A stretch of 64,000 nt of DNA from Lama glama (GCA_028534125.1 CM052817.1:82710001-82774000), one strand, 5' to 3'; shown: positions 49,975-64,000, counted from the first letter of the stretch. Program-made: numbers and translations. The notes: generated from the letters alone by a model not told the origin.

Positions 49975-51175
49975 GAGACCCACAGCCTATGCTAGAAATC
50001 AAAAAAGCAATCTAGAGAAATTGACAGAGCTGGAGGTATTATGTTCTATGATTTCAAACTATAGTACAAAGCTACAGTAATCAAAACAGTATGGTCTGGC
50101 ACAAGAACAGACACATAGACCAATAAAATAGAATAGAGAGCCCAGAAACTAACCCATACTTGTATGGTCAATTAATCTATTATAAAGGAGGCAACAATAC
50201 ACAATGGAAAAAGACAGCCTCTTCAATAAATGGTATTAGGAAAACTGGACAGCCACATGCAAAAGAACCAAATTGAACTAGTTTCTCACACCATATACAA
50301 AAATAAACACAAAATGGGTTAAATATTTCAATTTAAGACCTGAAATAAAACACCTAGAAGAAAACATGGGCAGTACACTCTGACATTGGTCTAATAATTT
50401 TTTTGTATATGTTTCTTCAGGCATGAAAAATAAAAGCAAAAATAAATAAATGGGACTACGTCAAACTAAAAAGTTTCTGCACAGAGAAGGAAACTATAAA
50501 CAGAACAAAAAGTCAGCATGCTGAATGGGATAAAGTGTTTGGAAATGATATATCTGATAAGGGGTTCATATACAAAATATATAAAGAATCAATACAACTC
50601 AAAATTTTAAAAATCTGATTAAAAAAAATGGACAGAGGACCTGAATGGACATTTTTTCCAAAGATGTATAGATGGCCAACGGACAGATGAAAAGATGCTC
50701 AGCATCACTAGTCACCAGAGAAATGCAAAACAAAATCACAATAATACCACCTCATGGTTGTCAGGATGACTATCATCAAAAGTTCAAGTACCAAGTTTTG
50801 TGAGGATGTAGAAAAACAGGAAACATTGTGCACTATTGGTGCAATAACAAAACAATTTCATAGATACAGAGAACAATCACGTGGGTGCTAGAATGGAAGG
50901 GGGGATGATGGGGAAAATACATACAGGAAGTACAAGTATGTACAAACCAACAGTTATGAAATAATTAAGTTAAACAGATGTAATACAGAGCATGAGGAAT
51001 ATGGTCAATAATACTGTAATAACTTAATATGGAGATAGGTGGATACTAAACTTATGGTGATCATTTCAAAATGTATGCAAATGTCAAATCACTATGCAGC
51101 ACACCTGAAACTATCATAATATTGTATTACAACCATATTTCAAATTTAAAAAGAGAAAAATAAAGAAATATAAAA
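49975..51175 (+). mobile_element. L1 ORF2 3' part and 3' end with internal deletion near 50842
   Basis: 'tacaaagctacagtaatcaaaacagtatgg...gaatagagagcccagaa'; terminus 'acacctgaaactatcataatattgta...tttcaaatttaaaaagagaaaaa'. Confidence 0.92.
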
Positions 51176-51254
51176 GTAAGATTTCCCAAGTTGTTTTGAT
51201 TGCTTTCTACTCTGAGTCTTCATATCATAGACTGAACTTTAAAACAAGTTGTTG

Positions 51255-51322
51255 AGTGTGTGTATATATATAATTTTATACACACATACACATATATATA
51301 TATATACACACACACACACAAA
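51255..51322. repeat. Compound TG/TA/CA microsatellite
   Basis: Direct reading. Confidence 0.85.
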
Positions 51323-54300
51323 TACATAAATTTTTTCTTAATTCCATAATATAAAGAAACTCAGACAAGGATAGTTTTTCTAGTTCACTTCATTCTTTTT
51401 ACTGATCTTACACAATTCATTCACCAGATCACCAGTTTATCATGAAAAATACTGTTGTCACTTTATTTCAATTCCTTACATTGAAGTTAATCTGCAAACC
51501 TAGATCCTTTCCCTTGATTACAGATGAAAGCTATTTCCCTTATCCTGTTTCAAGGTATATATTCAAATTTTCTTAACAGAGAAGCTATAATATTTTTACT
51601 CTTGATTCTACACCATAAAAATATAAACACAGCATTTGTACATTTCCTCACCAGTGTATATTACTTTTAAAATTTTCATTCCAATTCACTAATCTTTATA
51701 CAGTTGTCATAACATTGAAGTATTGTACAATGATTACCTTGAATGCATGGTAATTAGTTACATGACTTGAAATATATGAAAGACATAAATGAATTCATAG
51801 ACTGAACTGCTCTAGATTGCCACAGAAAACCAAGAATGTGGCTCTATGTCAACATCAAATTTCACTGAGATTTCTGAATTCATTATGGAAAAAAGATACA
51901 GTAATCATTCAATTAACTTATTTGAGAGATATTCTTTCCTATCTAGTTCCTATTTGGAACTGAAATAAAACTCAGTACTCACAGCACTCATCCCAATCAT
52001 TGTGGAGTCCTCCCACATTTATAAAGTCAAATTGCTTCCATTCCAATCCTATCTACTCCTGGCTACACATTTCAGGTTCTGTGACTCCAATTCAGATTTT
52101 TCTTATGACCACTAACTTTGAATGTGGACTAATATGACATTTTAAAATTTTAATTTTTCAAAAAGATTTTACTTTCCCTCTCTGACTCTTGGTATCCCAT
52201 ATGGTACCAGTAAAATTAAATCCATCTCTGCCCCTGGGGTTAAACAGAGCTAGGGTCTACATCCTTCCCAGAGCAGCTCTGGCTCCCAAGAAAGCAAGGG
52301 GCTCAGACAATTGATGAAGGTACTGATGGTTCACAACATGGGAATTTGTTTCTCAAGTAAAGTCTAAAATTAGCCCCCATACTGGAAGGAAGAAGAGATG
52401 GAAGAAAGAGGAAGATCACTCTAAAGGAAGATTGCTTAGGAAATAGTCTTAAATCATCAGCCCAGAATACCAGTTTTTTAGGTCCTCAGTAAACAGTGCT
52501 ACATAGTTATCCAAAATCTGGCTGAGAGAATTATTTAGGGAGATGACAAAAGGGATATTATTTGCTTTTATTCATTTAACTACTCTAGTTTTATTTGAAG
52601 GATTATTTTGGCAGCAAGAATTTTGCCACATTTTTTAGTCCATATTACCTGGATTTCATGCAGCATAATTTTCTCTTACTTATTCTATAACATTGTCTTA
52701 AAATATCAGTGAAAAATGCTGTAATTCCAAGCTGTCTGATACCTTTTTCTATATGGTTATGAAACTGGGGAATCTATCTAAAATGTCTCAGTGCTCCTTC
52801 CCTAATATACTAGTTGGAAGCTTCTATTGGACTTAATACCAAGAAAAGTTTTTGCTTCCCTAGGAAAATCAGCTTCTTCCTTCTTTTATAATGAAAGCAA
52901 TGTAACATTCACAGATCCCACTTTGCCTTCACTGTCAGATATTTAAAAGCTTATTCACAGCAAGCGTACTGACAATTACTGTCAACATACTGCCTTTTTT
53001 TTTTCTTTTTCCATATTCATTCACATTTTGATCATGTGCTTTATGTGATATGTTGGTCATGGTTATGGTTTATTCTGAGGAAGTTTTCACAGACCCATTT
53101 GGTAGTGTGACTGAAAACAAGTACAAAGCAAATAATACATGAGGAGCACACACTGTGTATTTTTTTTCATATGGAGGCTGTGTGAGAATGACACCACTTG
53201 ATTGACTATGTTACCAATAAAGTAATCAGGTTACTGATTTTTTTCCTTCATAGAAATTTTGAGTTTTTGCTTTACTAACACTGAAGCTAAATGTAGCGAT
53301 GAGGTAGTATCACTATCTTAGTTTATAAATCAAGAGACAGAACAGAAAATTAAGCGCTCGGTTCATCACCAAGAAATGGCAGAACAGGTACAAGGCCTAC
53401 CTGGGCCAGCATTTAGTCTTCTCTACTGTGTGGTTTTTACTAAATTCTTCATTGACAATTTTGGAATCACAGTTGGAAAGTAATTTATTCTATTCTCTTT
53501 TAAATGAAAACAAAATAATCACTCTAAGGTCAATTGTAATTTATAAAACAACTCCAAAATTAAACTTAGTTTATTAACCACAACATATGCTTAAAATGAC
53601 CCTGCAAATGCTATATCTAACAACATTTAGATTTTATTTATAAAATGCTATTTTTGTATGTCACTTGACATTTTACAACCAAACATAAAATAATGTTTAA
53701 ACGCTGTGAAACATTCCCCCTGCATCTAAAGAAGTTATATGCCCCTAAAGCTAGTTTGCATATAAAGGTTTCTTTTTTCCCTCAGGAATAAAAAAAAGCC
53801 ACACATCTTTTTACCAGAAATTAAAATTATTTTGCACAGAAAATCTTGAGTAAATGTATTTTTAGACAAACTAGTCATCATATTTTCTTAGAGTTTTACT
53901 GTATGCTTTGTAATCAGTATTTCTTCATTTGTACTAGTAATTTTTTCGGGTACTTTTTTTTAATTCACAAAATCTCTATTAACCTTCTGTGAAAAGGTTA
54001 ATTAAAAGCAGAATATCTCTTCATAATAATATTCACTTGAGTCAAGAAATTTGAAGGAAGAAAATGACATAATGAATAATGTGCTTTGAAGCAGAATACT
54101 TCATAAAGTCTATGATGTATTTGATCACAATTGGATTAATTGGGACTTAGCAGTGATTTCCCTGAGTTCAAATATAGCTCAAAATTCTAAGGAGTTTGTT
54201 GCTTGACTAATCTAGTATATTAAAACTCGTTCTTTGTCAGTTTTCAGGAATGGAGGGGAGGAGAAGAGGAAGAAACCCAAAAGAATTCCAATTTAGAATG

Positions 54301-54839
54301 ACTGGACATGATCTCTGGGAATAAATGGGTGCAAAGTTACCTTGTAATTTAAGGTCCTGGTTTGCACGTACTTTGAAGACCGAATAGTTGATATATAAAT
54401 TTTATATAAAGTGTTTATAAGAATCTGATTGTAATATAATTCAACTTTCCTACAATAAAGAAGCCATATATGTCTACTGTAATTGTTTTAGGGTTATTTC
54501 TTTTACAATTTACACTGAAAAACAGAAGGACAGAATTATCCATCTATGTATCTCTATCAGAGAAAAACAGTTTTTAAATGGTTTGAGTACTTATAAATTA
54601 AATGAAACAGTGCAGATGTTAAAATAGAGATACTTAGAACCAAGGCAAAGAAATAAACCCCCGTATATCACTTGGCGTATATATTGCTGTTTGAAGATAC
54701 TTAACTTTTTAAATTATTCAAACATATGATCAACTAGAGTAAAGAGCTACTAGAGATTTTCTGATTTATTATTATCAAATTATTTCCAAATATTTCCAAC
54801 TATTTTTATCACACTGAATTTTTAACATACAATTTTAAA

Positions 54840-55050
54840 ACAGTTACGACTTATTGAATATGTGCAATGTTTTAAGACTAAGTAAAGCACATATGTTTCT
54901 TATGTTACTTTCAAAACAAATCTAAGACAGGTAATTTTATTATCCCATTTTAAAGATGAATAAACTACATTACTCAGAAAACATATACAATTATCTCAAG
55001 GACACACAGCTAGTGAAAGATTAGATCCTTGAAATCTGGCTGAAACCTTA
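54840..55050 (-). mobile_element. MIR SINE
   Basis: 'ttattatcccattttaaagatgaataaact...tctcaaggacacacagctagt'. Confidence 0.75.
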
Positions 55051-57584
55051 TTCTCTTTTTCAGTTCTTCATACAGTTTTCTTGATTATAGGAGTTTCTGG
55101 CTCATGTGATGCTTTATTTTATTAATGCTAATGTTCAAACATCATCCTATAATGAGGAACAATAAAGAAAAATTGGGGGGATGTTTTTATTTACCTGAGT
55201 AATCTTCATCAAATGTAGATTTAGAACAGTATTGTTGCTACTGTATAAAATGTGTTTCAAACAATACTACAGAACTACATTTTTAAAAATCAGACAGCAT
55301 AAATTGTTTATAAGCTTTTTGTAAGGGTGATTTCTGTAGAAAAATCAGAGATCCTAAATCAATAATATATAAGAACATGTATTTGAGGCAGGGATGATCA
55401 AAAACATATGCATGCAGCCCTAGGTATTTCCTGGAAAGAGAGACCTGGAATGATCTGACACAATAAATGACAGCGCAGAATAAAAACTAAAATCACTGAT
55501 TCCTGAAAGAGTTGAGGGATGTAAAGAAAGGAAGGAACGATACATTTGCCAACTCTCTCTTGTTTAGGCTTCGTCTAAGCATCCCTCATTGTAGTACATG
55601 TTTTCCTCTGTCAGAGATTTACAAATATTTTCTATACCCTTACTTGTGTATGATAGGTATTACAGAAAGGTGAAAGCAACCGGGAAGTAAAAGCACCACT
55701 CAGAAAAAATGTATTAAATACTTCTTCGAAAAGGTGTATAAACTTGGAACCAGGTGAGTGAAAGCATTCTTCAAGCAAGAAATTAAGGCGTAGACTGAGA
55801 TAAAACCAGGCCGTGTTAGCAATTCTAAAAGTTGCAAAGTAAATGGTAGTAGCAATGCTTTACCTTCCCTCTAAAACAAAAAGCCAAACAAAGAAACAGA
55901 ACAATCTAAGAAAGAAGGAAACTGAGGAAACAGGAATATGCATGGATACGAGTCTGTAATATTGTTTCTCATCTCCCGATCACGCTCCTCTAGACAGATG
56001 ACCTGAGGTTGCGTCTACATTCATGGTGCGACAGAATTAAGAAATCCTCTCTAGGTATTATTATTTTGTAAGGAGTGTATGTGTAGGGAAGAGGGGAGTT
56101 ACAGAACTAGGTATTTCGAAAGAAAATATCTAAATATAGAACAGGCATGGAAATCCATGATAATTGAGGTAGTTTATCTGATGTAATCCTGGAAACCAAT
56201 AAATTCAGACACACAATCCCAGAATTACGTATTAAGAGTTTCTTAAAAAGTTATTTAAGAGATGATCTTGTCATCTCTTTCACATCCCTGGTCCCACACA
56301 TACTTAGTTTTCTAATAAAATAAATACAGCAAATGGAGTTTGGGAGAATTGTCTAAGATCATACAAATGATTAGCTGCACATCTGTACTGGAATTCATTT
56401 CTCCTGCCTGTCTGGGCAGTTCCTTAAAGTACTTCAAAACTCTCAAAAGTCCTATAGGAATTCTGTTCATTTGGGAGCTGTTTTCAGCCCTCTACATCAA
56501 CCTACATCTGAACTGTCTTCAAAGTGATCACCAATCAGCAGATTCCCCAGCCAACTGAAAAGCACCTGGGGGATCCAGATTGTCAAAGAATCATGTAAGT
56601 GGTTTGGAAATGTGTTTTAATGAGGTGCTTGTCCTATGGGGAAAAGGCTTGACTCTAATTAAAGATGAAGCCAAGATATTTTTTTTGTAGTTTTGCCTAA
56701 GGATGATTTGGGGAGGTCTTTTCAGTTATAATAGCTATGACTCCACGTTTGGACAAACTTTCGGCAGAATCTGCAGTACTACTAATACGTATCCAAACAA
56801 CTATTATGGAAATTCCTACTTTAGTTTGTGAGAAGAGTGTTCTCAAACAAAGTTGCAGTGTTGACAGAAACATGTGGATTTTAAATTTATCAAATTACTG
56901 GAATTTGGAATTTTAAAAATGCAAACCACTGGGTTGCTCTAGGGACTGATAAATGAAAGCTGAAGAGGTCGTTTTAGAATGTCTCTTCCATGGACGTGGA
57001 AGCCTGATCTGTGCAAACGGACAAAAATATTTATTCGAATCTCTTGCTCTGCTTCTAAGTTTATCCTAGAAAGGCTTTTAGAAGTTATATTATGCCAGAG
57101 CTGAAGGTGTTTTGAAGATAATGAGTTCAAAAGTTTCAAGCTCATTTTTAACTTTAGAAGCTATTATGTTTGTATTGTTGGTAAAATATTCTTCTCTGGA
57201 AAAAGTAGCCCTGCTTTCACATTGCCATTAACTTTAGTAACTATTGAAATGATAGCCTAGCAAGTGTGCGTCTACAGTTATATCTCCCTTATATCATGAC
57301 ATACATATTCAGTTTTATTATTGGAAAAAAAAAGAATAAAAATTATGAAAAAGCTCAAGAGAGTATCTAACTATCACACAAGTAATTTTTCTAGATTAAT
57401 TTCAGTCCCATGATAATTCTGTGCTCCTTACCTCCATCATAAAGTATCTAGGCCACTTTTAATACTTTTTCAGGTACCGCTGCTAAACTCTGCAACGTAA
57501 GTGAACAGACATGTATTTGTAAACATTTTATGAAACAACAGAGTCTTTTAATAAGGCATTACAGAATTGTAGCATACATGCTGC

Positions 57585-58265
57585 TGACTGAATATTCATA
57601 GAGCACTGAGCAGGAACGCCATGCTAGCCACTGGAGATATAAACGTTTCTATGACTTACTTCCTCTCCTCAAGGAGTTTAAAGCCTAGTGGGGGAGACAA
57701 GGTTATACACAAATAATTCCAATATTTTATTATTTATTATAATTATTTATTATAAATATGTCTAAATTATTTATTATAATCCTTGTCACAACAAGATATT
57801 TATAAATTATAATAAGGGAGATTAGGAAAAGCTTGTTGGAAGCAATGAAGTGGTAGCCAAAAATTGAGTAGGATTTGGTAGGAAGACAAAAGCAGAAAAG
57901 CAGGTCCACAAACAAGCAGACGGAAAAAGCAAGACACAGTAAGTGAGGTAATTTCTTGTGACTTTTTAATTCAGTGTGTTTGGGGGAGTACTGTATGACA
58001 GATTAAATTTTAAGGTGGGGGGGTACAAATCATACCAATAGACACGTATTTTATTCTATAATAATAGGAAGACATTTAAAGAGGACAGGAAAAATCAGAT
58101 TTGCCTCTGTAGAATGACTAACACTGGAATGAAAGGACCACCACTTCTGGTGATTTGTGAAACTATGAGAATAGAGAACTAAAGGAGAGGCCATCGAATT
58201 GAAAAGGATGAGATTTAAGCTTGGCTTGTTAAATTTAGCTTTGAGGCATTTAATACAGTAAGGCA
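57585..58265 (-). mobile_element. L2 (degenerate)
   Basis: 'ctgaatattcatagagcact...cactggagata...cctcaaggagtttaaagcctagtgggggagaca', later 'atcagatttgcc...aagaccac'-like blocks. Confidence 0.6.
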
Positions 58266-61200
58266 TATGTATGAAATAATTTTAATTTTTTTTCAATAAC
58301 TGCTATGCTGCTATGAAATTCTTGTTAAACATCTTATCTTGCTGAGTAGCAAGGATAATTAAGCTTACCAATCAATGACAACTCAATCTACTACAATAAT
58401 TTTCCAGTAAATTCCAGCTCAAAACTTTAAGAAAATTCAAACATCCTCTCCAAGAAGCCATGCGTAATTTCTGCAAGTACAATGAGCTGTTACCTGCAGA
58501 AAGACCTGGAAATGGGGAGTGTTTCTTAGCATTTAAAGACAGACTTTCTTAATTATTGTAGAGTACAATGCCATTCTTTGATGTGACCTACTAGAAGGCA
58601 ACTGCATGCATACTGATGACTTGACATAATAGGATTTTCAGATACAGAATAAAACATATGAATTTAAAATGATAAATTAAAAAATGAATTATGAAGGAAT
58701 AAGGTCAAACTTCAAAGAGACCAGACTGATTTCTACGAATGAAGCAAAATTAACTAGAGATTAAAAGCGATTCACTGAATACATAAGTTAAGGTTGAATT
58801 AGGGGAGCTGAGCAACTATGTCTAACGGTAAATAGAAATTTATGATAGGAAGTGTATCTGGTACAAATATTGGGGGTCCTAGGGAAGTGAAAGTCTGGGA
58901 GTGGATGTGTAATGAAAGAAAGAATTACTTATCAAGCTGCCTGACGTACCAACACGGGTGGTAAAGCAGGAGTCTGTAGGCAAACCCAACACACAAAGCG
59001 CATCCTGGCACTAGACTGGAGATGCAAATGGGAGGTCATCGAGCAGCTTACGGCAAACTCCTGTCTCCCTGAGTCCACAGTCTTCTGATGTTGGCCTTGG
59101 CCAGTGTTAGAAGGGCCACCATTTAAGAAAACAAACTGAAAAATGAACAGAAGACAAACTGGGACCCACTGAAGTCTGTCTGAGACTCACCTGACCATGC
59201 AACTTTCTGAGGATAAGGGCCACAGCTTTACTTCCACCTTCCAATGCCCGCACATGCTTCTCTTTTGGCCACTCTAATCCATACCACAGTCTAGCTACCA
59301 CAACGTGGTGTTCTTATGATCATCTTTTAACCATATATGACCTTCCAAAGAGATATCAAAATTATGCTTTCACCCACATTTATGCAATTCTCTGTCTTTC
59401 AAACAAGATATGCTAACACTTAGGCAAAGGAGACACAGAGTCTCACTTTATGCATCTGTGAGTAAGGCCATTCTAGCTGAGTCACACTCCTCTGACATTG
59501 TGTAACTCAAATACTGAGATACAAGGTTAACTGCTCTTAACATATTTTCTGTAGACAGTGGAGGAATAAGAAATAAAAAAAAAGAACTGGATAATACTCA
59601 CACATATGCATTCATATCAAAGTAAAGAAAAATATAAACTACGGCAGTATTTTTACCTACTATTCAGGGAGTCAGAGCAGCTATTTAAAGCACTCTTCTT
59701 CCCTTCGCCCTCACCAAGCACTTCATCTACTCGTGGCTCACTGCTCAGTGCATCCATCCAAACCATCACTCCTGAGAAGTCTGTGCCAGCGACAGTCTTG
59801 TATTTTTTTTCCCCACTAAAATTTATCACAGGATATGGATACACTAGGAGGTCCCCCAGAAGGTCCCTTACATTCCAGACACACTCTCCCCATCACCAGG
59901 AATTAAATGGGATATATTAACAACTCATCTTAACCTTGATAGGATCACCTCTTCCAGAAAGTAACTTCCTCTTTTGTCTAACAGTTCAGGGGCACGATGA
60001 ACCCGAAGTAGCTGGGTGAGAGTTTCAGCTTCTAATTTAGTGGAACCATTGCTTTGTCTCTTTGTGAATGTAGTCCTCCCTCGAAAACTAAGACCTACAA
60101 ACTAGCAGAGCCAAAAGGTACAGACCCAGGAAGTAAACCTTTTATTATAGAAACTTTAGGGGTAACTGTGAGAGAAGTACTCTACTTGCCATACCATGCT
60201 CCCTGAACCCATGAACCCTGGCTATAAAAAAAAGACCGCCGTATTTTGGTTGCTCATTCAAAGGATATGCCATATTTTAAAGAATATTATTCCAACCAGC
60301 CAAAGTATTGCTCTTCACCTGAAGTCACTATACACAAGTCTTCAAAACGCCATTAAACAATTCCGTCAGTCCAGCTGCTTTAAGTTATAAGGACCATAAA
60401 CCGGTGAACTGCAGGAGCAAGAGCCCATTTCTAAAATTCATTTGCTTTTAAGTCTCCTGGTCAGATTACCATGATGATAAACAAGACATTCTGTAAGTCC
60501 ATGACTGGGCATTTTGTTAGAAGTACCACCAGAAGGAATGGTATGTTCATATCCACAGCAATTGTCTATTTTAGTGAGAACAAAGCACTTTGTCCCTTTC
60601 ACCATAAAGGTGTTCCAGTGTCATCAACCTGCTGTATCACAGAGACAGTGATGGACTCTCTCGCTGGCAAATGAGCACTCACAGTGTCCAGTTTATTTTT
60701 CTGGCCTTGTTGGGTGAAAATCCAGGTTCCTAAGCCCTGTGATAAGATCAAGTAATAAGCTTGCTTCATAACACTATTTAGCAAGAACAAGATTGGCTGA
60801 AGCAAGAGGCAGACTGACTTCCATGGAACAGGTCATCCTAACCACTTGATTACTAAGAGTCTCTGCAGCTGAGCTTGCTGTCTGGTGAGTATTTTGTTTA
60901 ATGGAATAAAAGTACTTTAACACTCTGTCCAAAGAAGACCATCCACAGTCATCCTCTTCACCCTACTTCGTCACCAATTTTCAAAACTGTGTTCTTCTAT
61001 GTCTCTAAGCATCCAGTCAAATCATTATCTACTGATAATAAATCACTGAAAATCTCTATCTCTGGCATTCTCTCATTACAGATAAAATGCATTCCTCAAA
61101 GTCCTACCACTTTGAGAATTTTCTTTCACCACTTCTTTCAGGACCACCCTTGAGGCCATAGTGCTAAATACACAAAAGTTATCCAATTTAGAGTAGAGCA

Positions 61201-61724
61201 AGCATAACCATGCAGAACCACCACTAAACCACAACAATAATTTTTTTCTTTCACAGCCAATTAGTCACAGAGAACTTGCGATGAACCTATAGCTATGCAC
61301 TGAAAGGCAGGAGACAGTGAAGCAGGGGGAGAGATGGTGGGGAACAAGGGAGGGAACACACTTGCTCACACGACATCAAGGCTTCAGGTTCTGCTCAAGC
61401 CCAGTCTCATATATACCACCCACAGGCACAGCCAACTGCCTGGCTCTGTGGGTCAAACCACATGCATTTCAAGAGTCTTTTGATCTCACAGGAACTCGGT
61501 GGTCCATGTTTAAGCGTTCAGCTTCTACTAAGGCCCAGTAGTAAGAGATCTTGGTAGGGGGTTGTTTATTTGTTTTTGTATTTTTTCTCTTAAAAGGTGA
61601 ATAGCACCTACAGAGGACGGCATTGTCTTTGCTATATTTGACATAGAGGTGTCAGCCAAGGGCTCCACACAGCATCTCCATCAGTCACTGATACCTTAAG
61701 CACAAGTGTATCTGTTAAAAAAGT

Positions 61725-61945
61725 ACATGAACAGAGTCTCATTGATTAAAGATCCCAGAAAGAGAGGAGAGAGAGAATGGAACAGAAACAAAATTTTTTT
61801 GAATAAATAAGGACTAAAACTTTCAGAATTTGGAGAAAGACATAAATTTACAGATTCAAGATGTTCAGTGACTACCAAATAGAATAAATTTTTTTTAAAA
61901 TAAGAGAAAAAAACATGCTAAGGGACATTGTAGATACCTAAAAAA
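61725..61945 (+). mobile_element. Old L1 ORF1 fragment
   Basis: 'cccagaaagagaggagagagaatgg...aaagacataaatttacagattcaaga...ccaaatagaataaat'. Confidence 0.7.
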
Positions 61946-62144
61946 AAAAATTTACATCTTTACATACTTACAAGCGACAGTTCAAATGACTAAAGCCCCT
62001 TGCCTTCTAGCAATCCCTCTGGCTTCCGACATACTGGGGTCTGAGGTATCAGAAATGAAGTCTTGCTAGCTGACAAGCCCTTTCAAGTGCACAGAATTTC
62101 CGGTCCATTGTTCACTGCCTTTCTCATAAAGAAGAATGAATGTA

Positions 62145-62257
62145 CTTCCTATATATAAGACACTGACTTCTTATATATAAGACATTGACTTTCCTTAAAT
62201 ATTTGTAAAAGGATTATAAATATTTATTTGTAAATATTTAAGGAAAGTCAATGTCTT
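62145..62257. repeat. 22-bp tandem duplication overlapping a perfect 26-bp inverted repeat
   Basis: Arms 62179-62204 and 62232-62257 are exact reverse complements. Confidence 0.95.
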
Positions 62258-62682
62258 GAGCCTTGGCTTCCCTAGAAACAAAATCTGAAAACCGAGATCA
62301 TGCACAAGTGATTTTTAGGAAGTGATAAGAAAGTCCATAAAGGAATAAGGAAAACAGGATAGGAAAGGGTAAAGAGCTAGGTACACATGCTTTCTCAGGA
62401 AAGATTAGCTTTAGGAGTATAACATGGGGGCCTTGGAGAGTAAATTGCACTGCAGAACTGTCCCTGCATCTTATAACCCTTGTATCAGTCGTTAATTTTC
62501 TGCAGTTTGCTCAGGGAAGAAATGTGATTTCCCAGGCAAGATAGCTGAGGGCAATTCTCCCAAAGAGAAGGCAAACATAAGCTGTGAACTGTTAGCAGCC
62601 AACATAATCATCAACTAGAGAATAGTAAAAAATTTAGTCTAGTAGAGAATGACCTGATAGGGTACAAATCACATTTACTACA
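62252..62682 (-). mobile_element. LTR33-like ERVL solo LTR
   Basis: 'tgtcttgagccttggcttccctagaaacaaaatctga...tgcacaagtgatttttaggaagtgat...gagggcaattctcc...tgttagcagccaaca'. Confidence 0.65.
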
Positions 62683-62899
62683 GACAGTAACATGAAAGAA
62701 ATATATCAAGACAAAAATTTTAGATTTACTGCTGACTGGATGAGAAATAACTGAGGAAAAAAGAGAACTTGGATACGTCTACTAATTATTCATCTTCAAA
62801 AGATCTGAGGTTTTTCTTTAAAATAGCATTCTGCTTTTGTTTAACTAACTGAAAAAAGATTACTTACCAATAATCATTATAAACTCAGTGTAGTGGCAG

Positions 62900-63730
62900 G
62901 GTAGTGTAGGGGGAATAAATAAATAAGACAAAAAATAACTAAGTCCCTAGAAAGTCACCAAAGGCACACTGGCATTGAACAGAATACAGCAACTCAAAGG
63001 AATAGTAGGTGAGGTCAACATCTAACCAGATTTTTCCCAGAGGGCATTATCAGTTACCCGGTTCAAGTCCCAAGCTGACAAATGGCAACCTTAAAGAGCT
63101 AAGCCTTCAGAAGTCAGAGTTCTAAACTGCCAGGAGGCTAGAGGGAATCACAGTTGAGGAGAGCCCTAAATTCCCCGTGTAAATTTCACTCAAATCCTCT
63201 GGTGATCTCCAAAATGCTTCTGCATAAGACAAGAATCCAAGAAAATTCACAGAAAGCAGTATTTGGAAGGTTAACTATCTTGAGTAGAAAATGTAAAAAC
63301 CACAAGGAAGACATCACTTGGAGGCCTGCTGAGTTAGAGTGGCTTACGAAGCACATCACATTTTCCACTGAAACTCTAGAACGGCTATGCCTCAGGAACA
63401 AAACTCATACTTAATGGCCAAGATATATGATCTAGGATTAAGGTCACAACTACCTCAAAAATGCTGAAAACCAAACTTCCAGAAGATCCTGGTAATCCAC
63501 TCATTTCCATTCCTTGTTTGGGCAAAACTAAATACTATGTAGAGGGAAGATAAATTCAAGAGTTTCTATAATGTATACCCTACAATGCCTGGTTTATAAA
63601 ATAAAATTTAATACACACATCAAATAGCAAAACATATGAATCATAATCAAGAGAAAAACCAGACAACTTAAGTGGATCCACAGATCAATCTGTCACTCAG
63701 CAATTAAAAATAACTTTGTAAACATGAGAC
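62900..63730 (+). mobile_element. Ancient L1M 5'UTR/ORF1-proximal fragment
   Basis: 'acaatgcctgg...atgaatcataatcaagagaaaaaccagacaa...gatccacagat'. Confidence 0.5.
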
Positions 63731-63738
63731 AAAGTATT

Positions 63739-63767
63739 ACACACACACACAAACACACACACACACA
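63739..63767. repeat. (CA)n microsatellite, interrupted
   Basis: Direct reading. Confidence 0.9.
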
Positions 63768-63834
63768 AAGGTCATTATAATGGGTTAAATAAGAGGTAAT
63801 GTTAAAGTAGGTATAAACAATTACCTTCCCTGAC

Positions 63835-63839
63835 AAAAC

Positions 63840-63872
<33 letters not shown>

Positions 63873-63900
63873 AAACAGAACAAAACCAAACTAAACCACA
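63835..63900. repeat. (AAC)n microsatellite with A/C-rich flank
   Basis: About 10 perfect AAC units at 63841-63870. Confidence 0.95.
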
Positions 63901-64000
63901 CACAAAAACTTGCCAGTTTAACTTTTGGAGAAAACGCCACCACAATTTTAAGATAAACTCAAGTATGCTCTATCCAGCCTCTAGGGAAAGCAGCCCAGGC

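Noticed and set aside
54340..55240. Two possible short minus-strand exons with gtaa donors
   Set aside because: Weak acceptors, low-complexity AT-rich peptides and no recognisable protein.
1..64000. CRISPR arrays, operons, prokaryotic or viral defence systems, CpG-island promoter
   Set aside because: The sequence is mammalian repeat-rich DNA with no repeat-spacer array, no long intact ORF and no CpG island.

Overview
AT-rich, CpG-poor mammalian intergenic or deep-intronic DNA. It is most likely from a camelid (camel, alpaca or llama), judged by a Vic-1-like tRNA-derived SINE and cetartiodactyl/camelid-type L1 3' ends. I find no supportable protein-coding gene or RNA gene. The ORF track is explained by decayed L1/LTR sequence, chance ORFs and a 500-N scaffold gap (20583-21082). 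The window is a mosaic of L1 fragments of several ages, L2, MIR, ERVL/MaLR LTRs (MLT2 x2, MLT1C, LTR16, LTR33), an ERV1 solo LTR (MER67-like), DNA-transposon relics (Tigger2-type MITE, MER44, MER5, MER102-like) and a degenerate ERV1 provirus (LTR-PBS-gag MA-pro, followed by a second PBS/leader). The most notable structures are: a TSD-flanked L1+MLT1C+poly(A) unit that looks like a 3' transduction ending at the LTR's poly(A) site; two twin-primed 5'-inverted L1s; a perfect 26-bp-arm fold-back next to an LTR; a ~77-bp locally templated duplication inside an L1; and a compact ETS/IRF motif cluster. I see no evidence of a wholly new biological system. Repeat family names were recognised by eye from remembered consensus sequences, not by search, and boundaries of old repeats are approximate.
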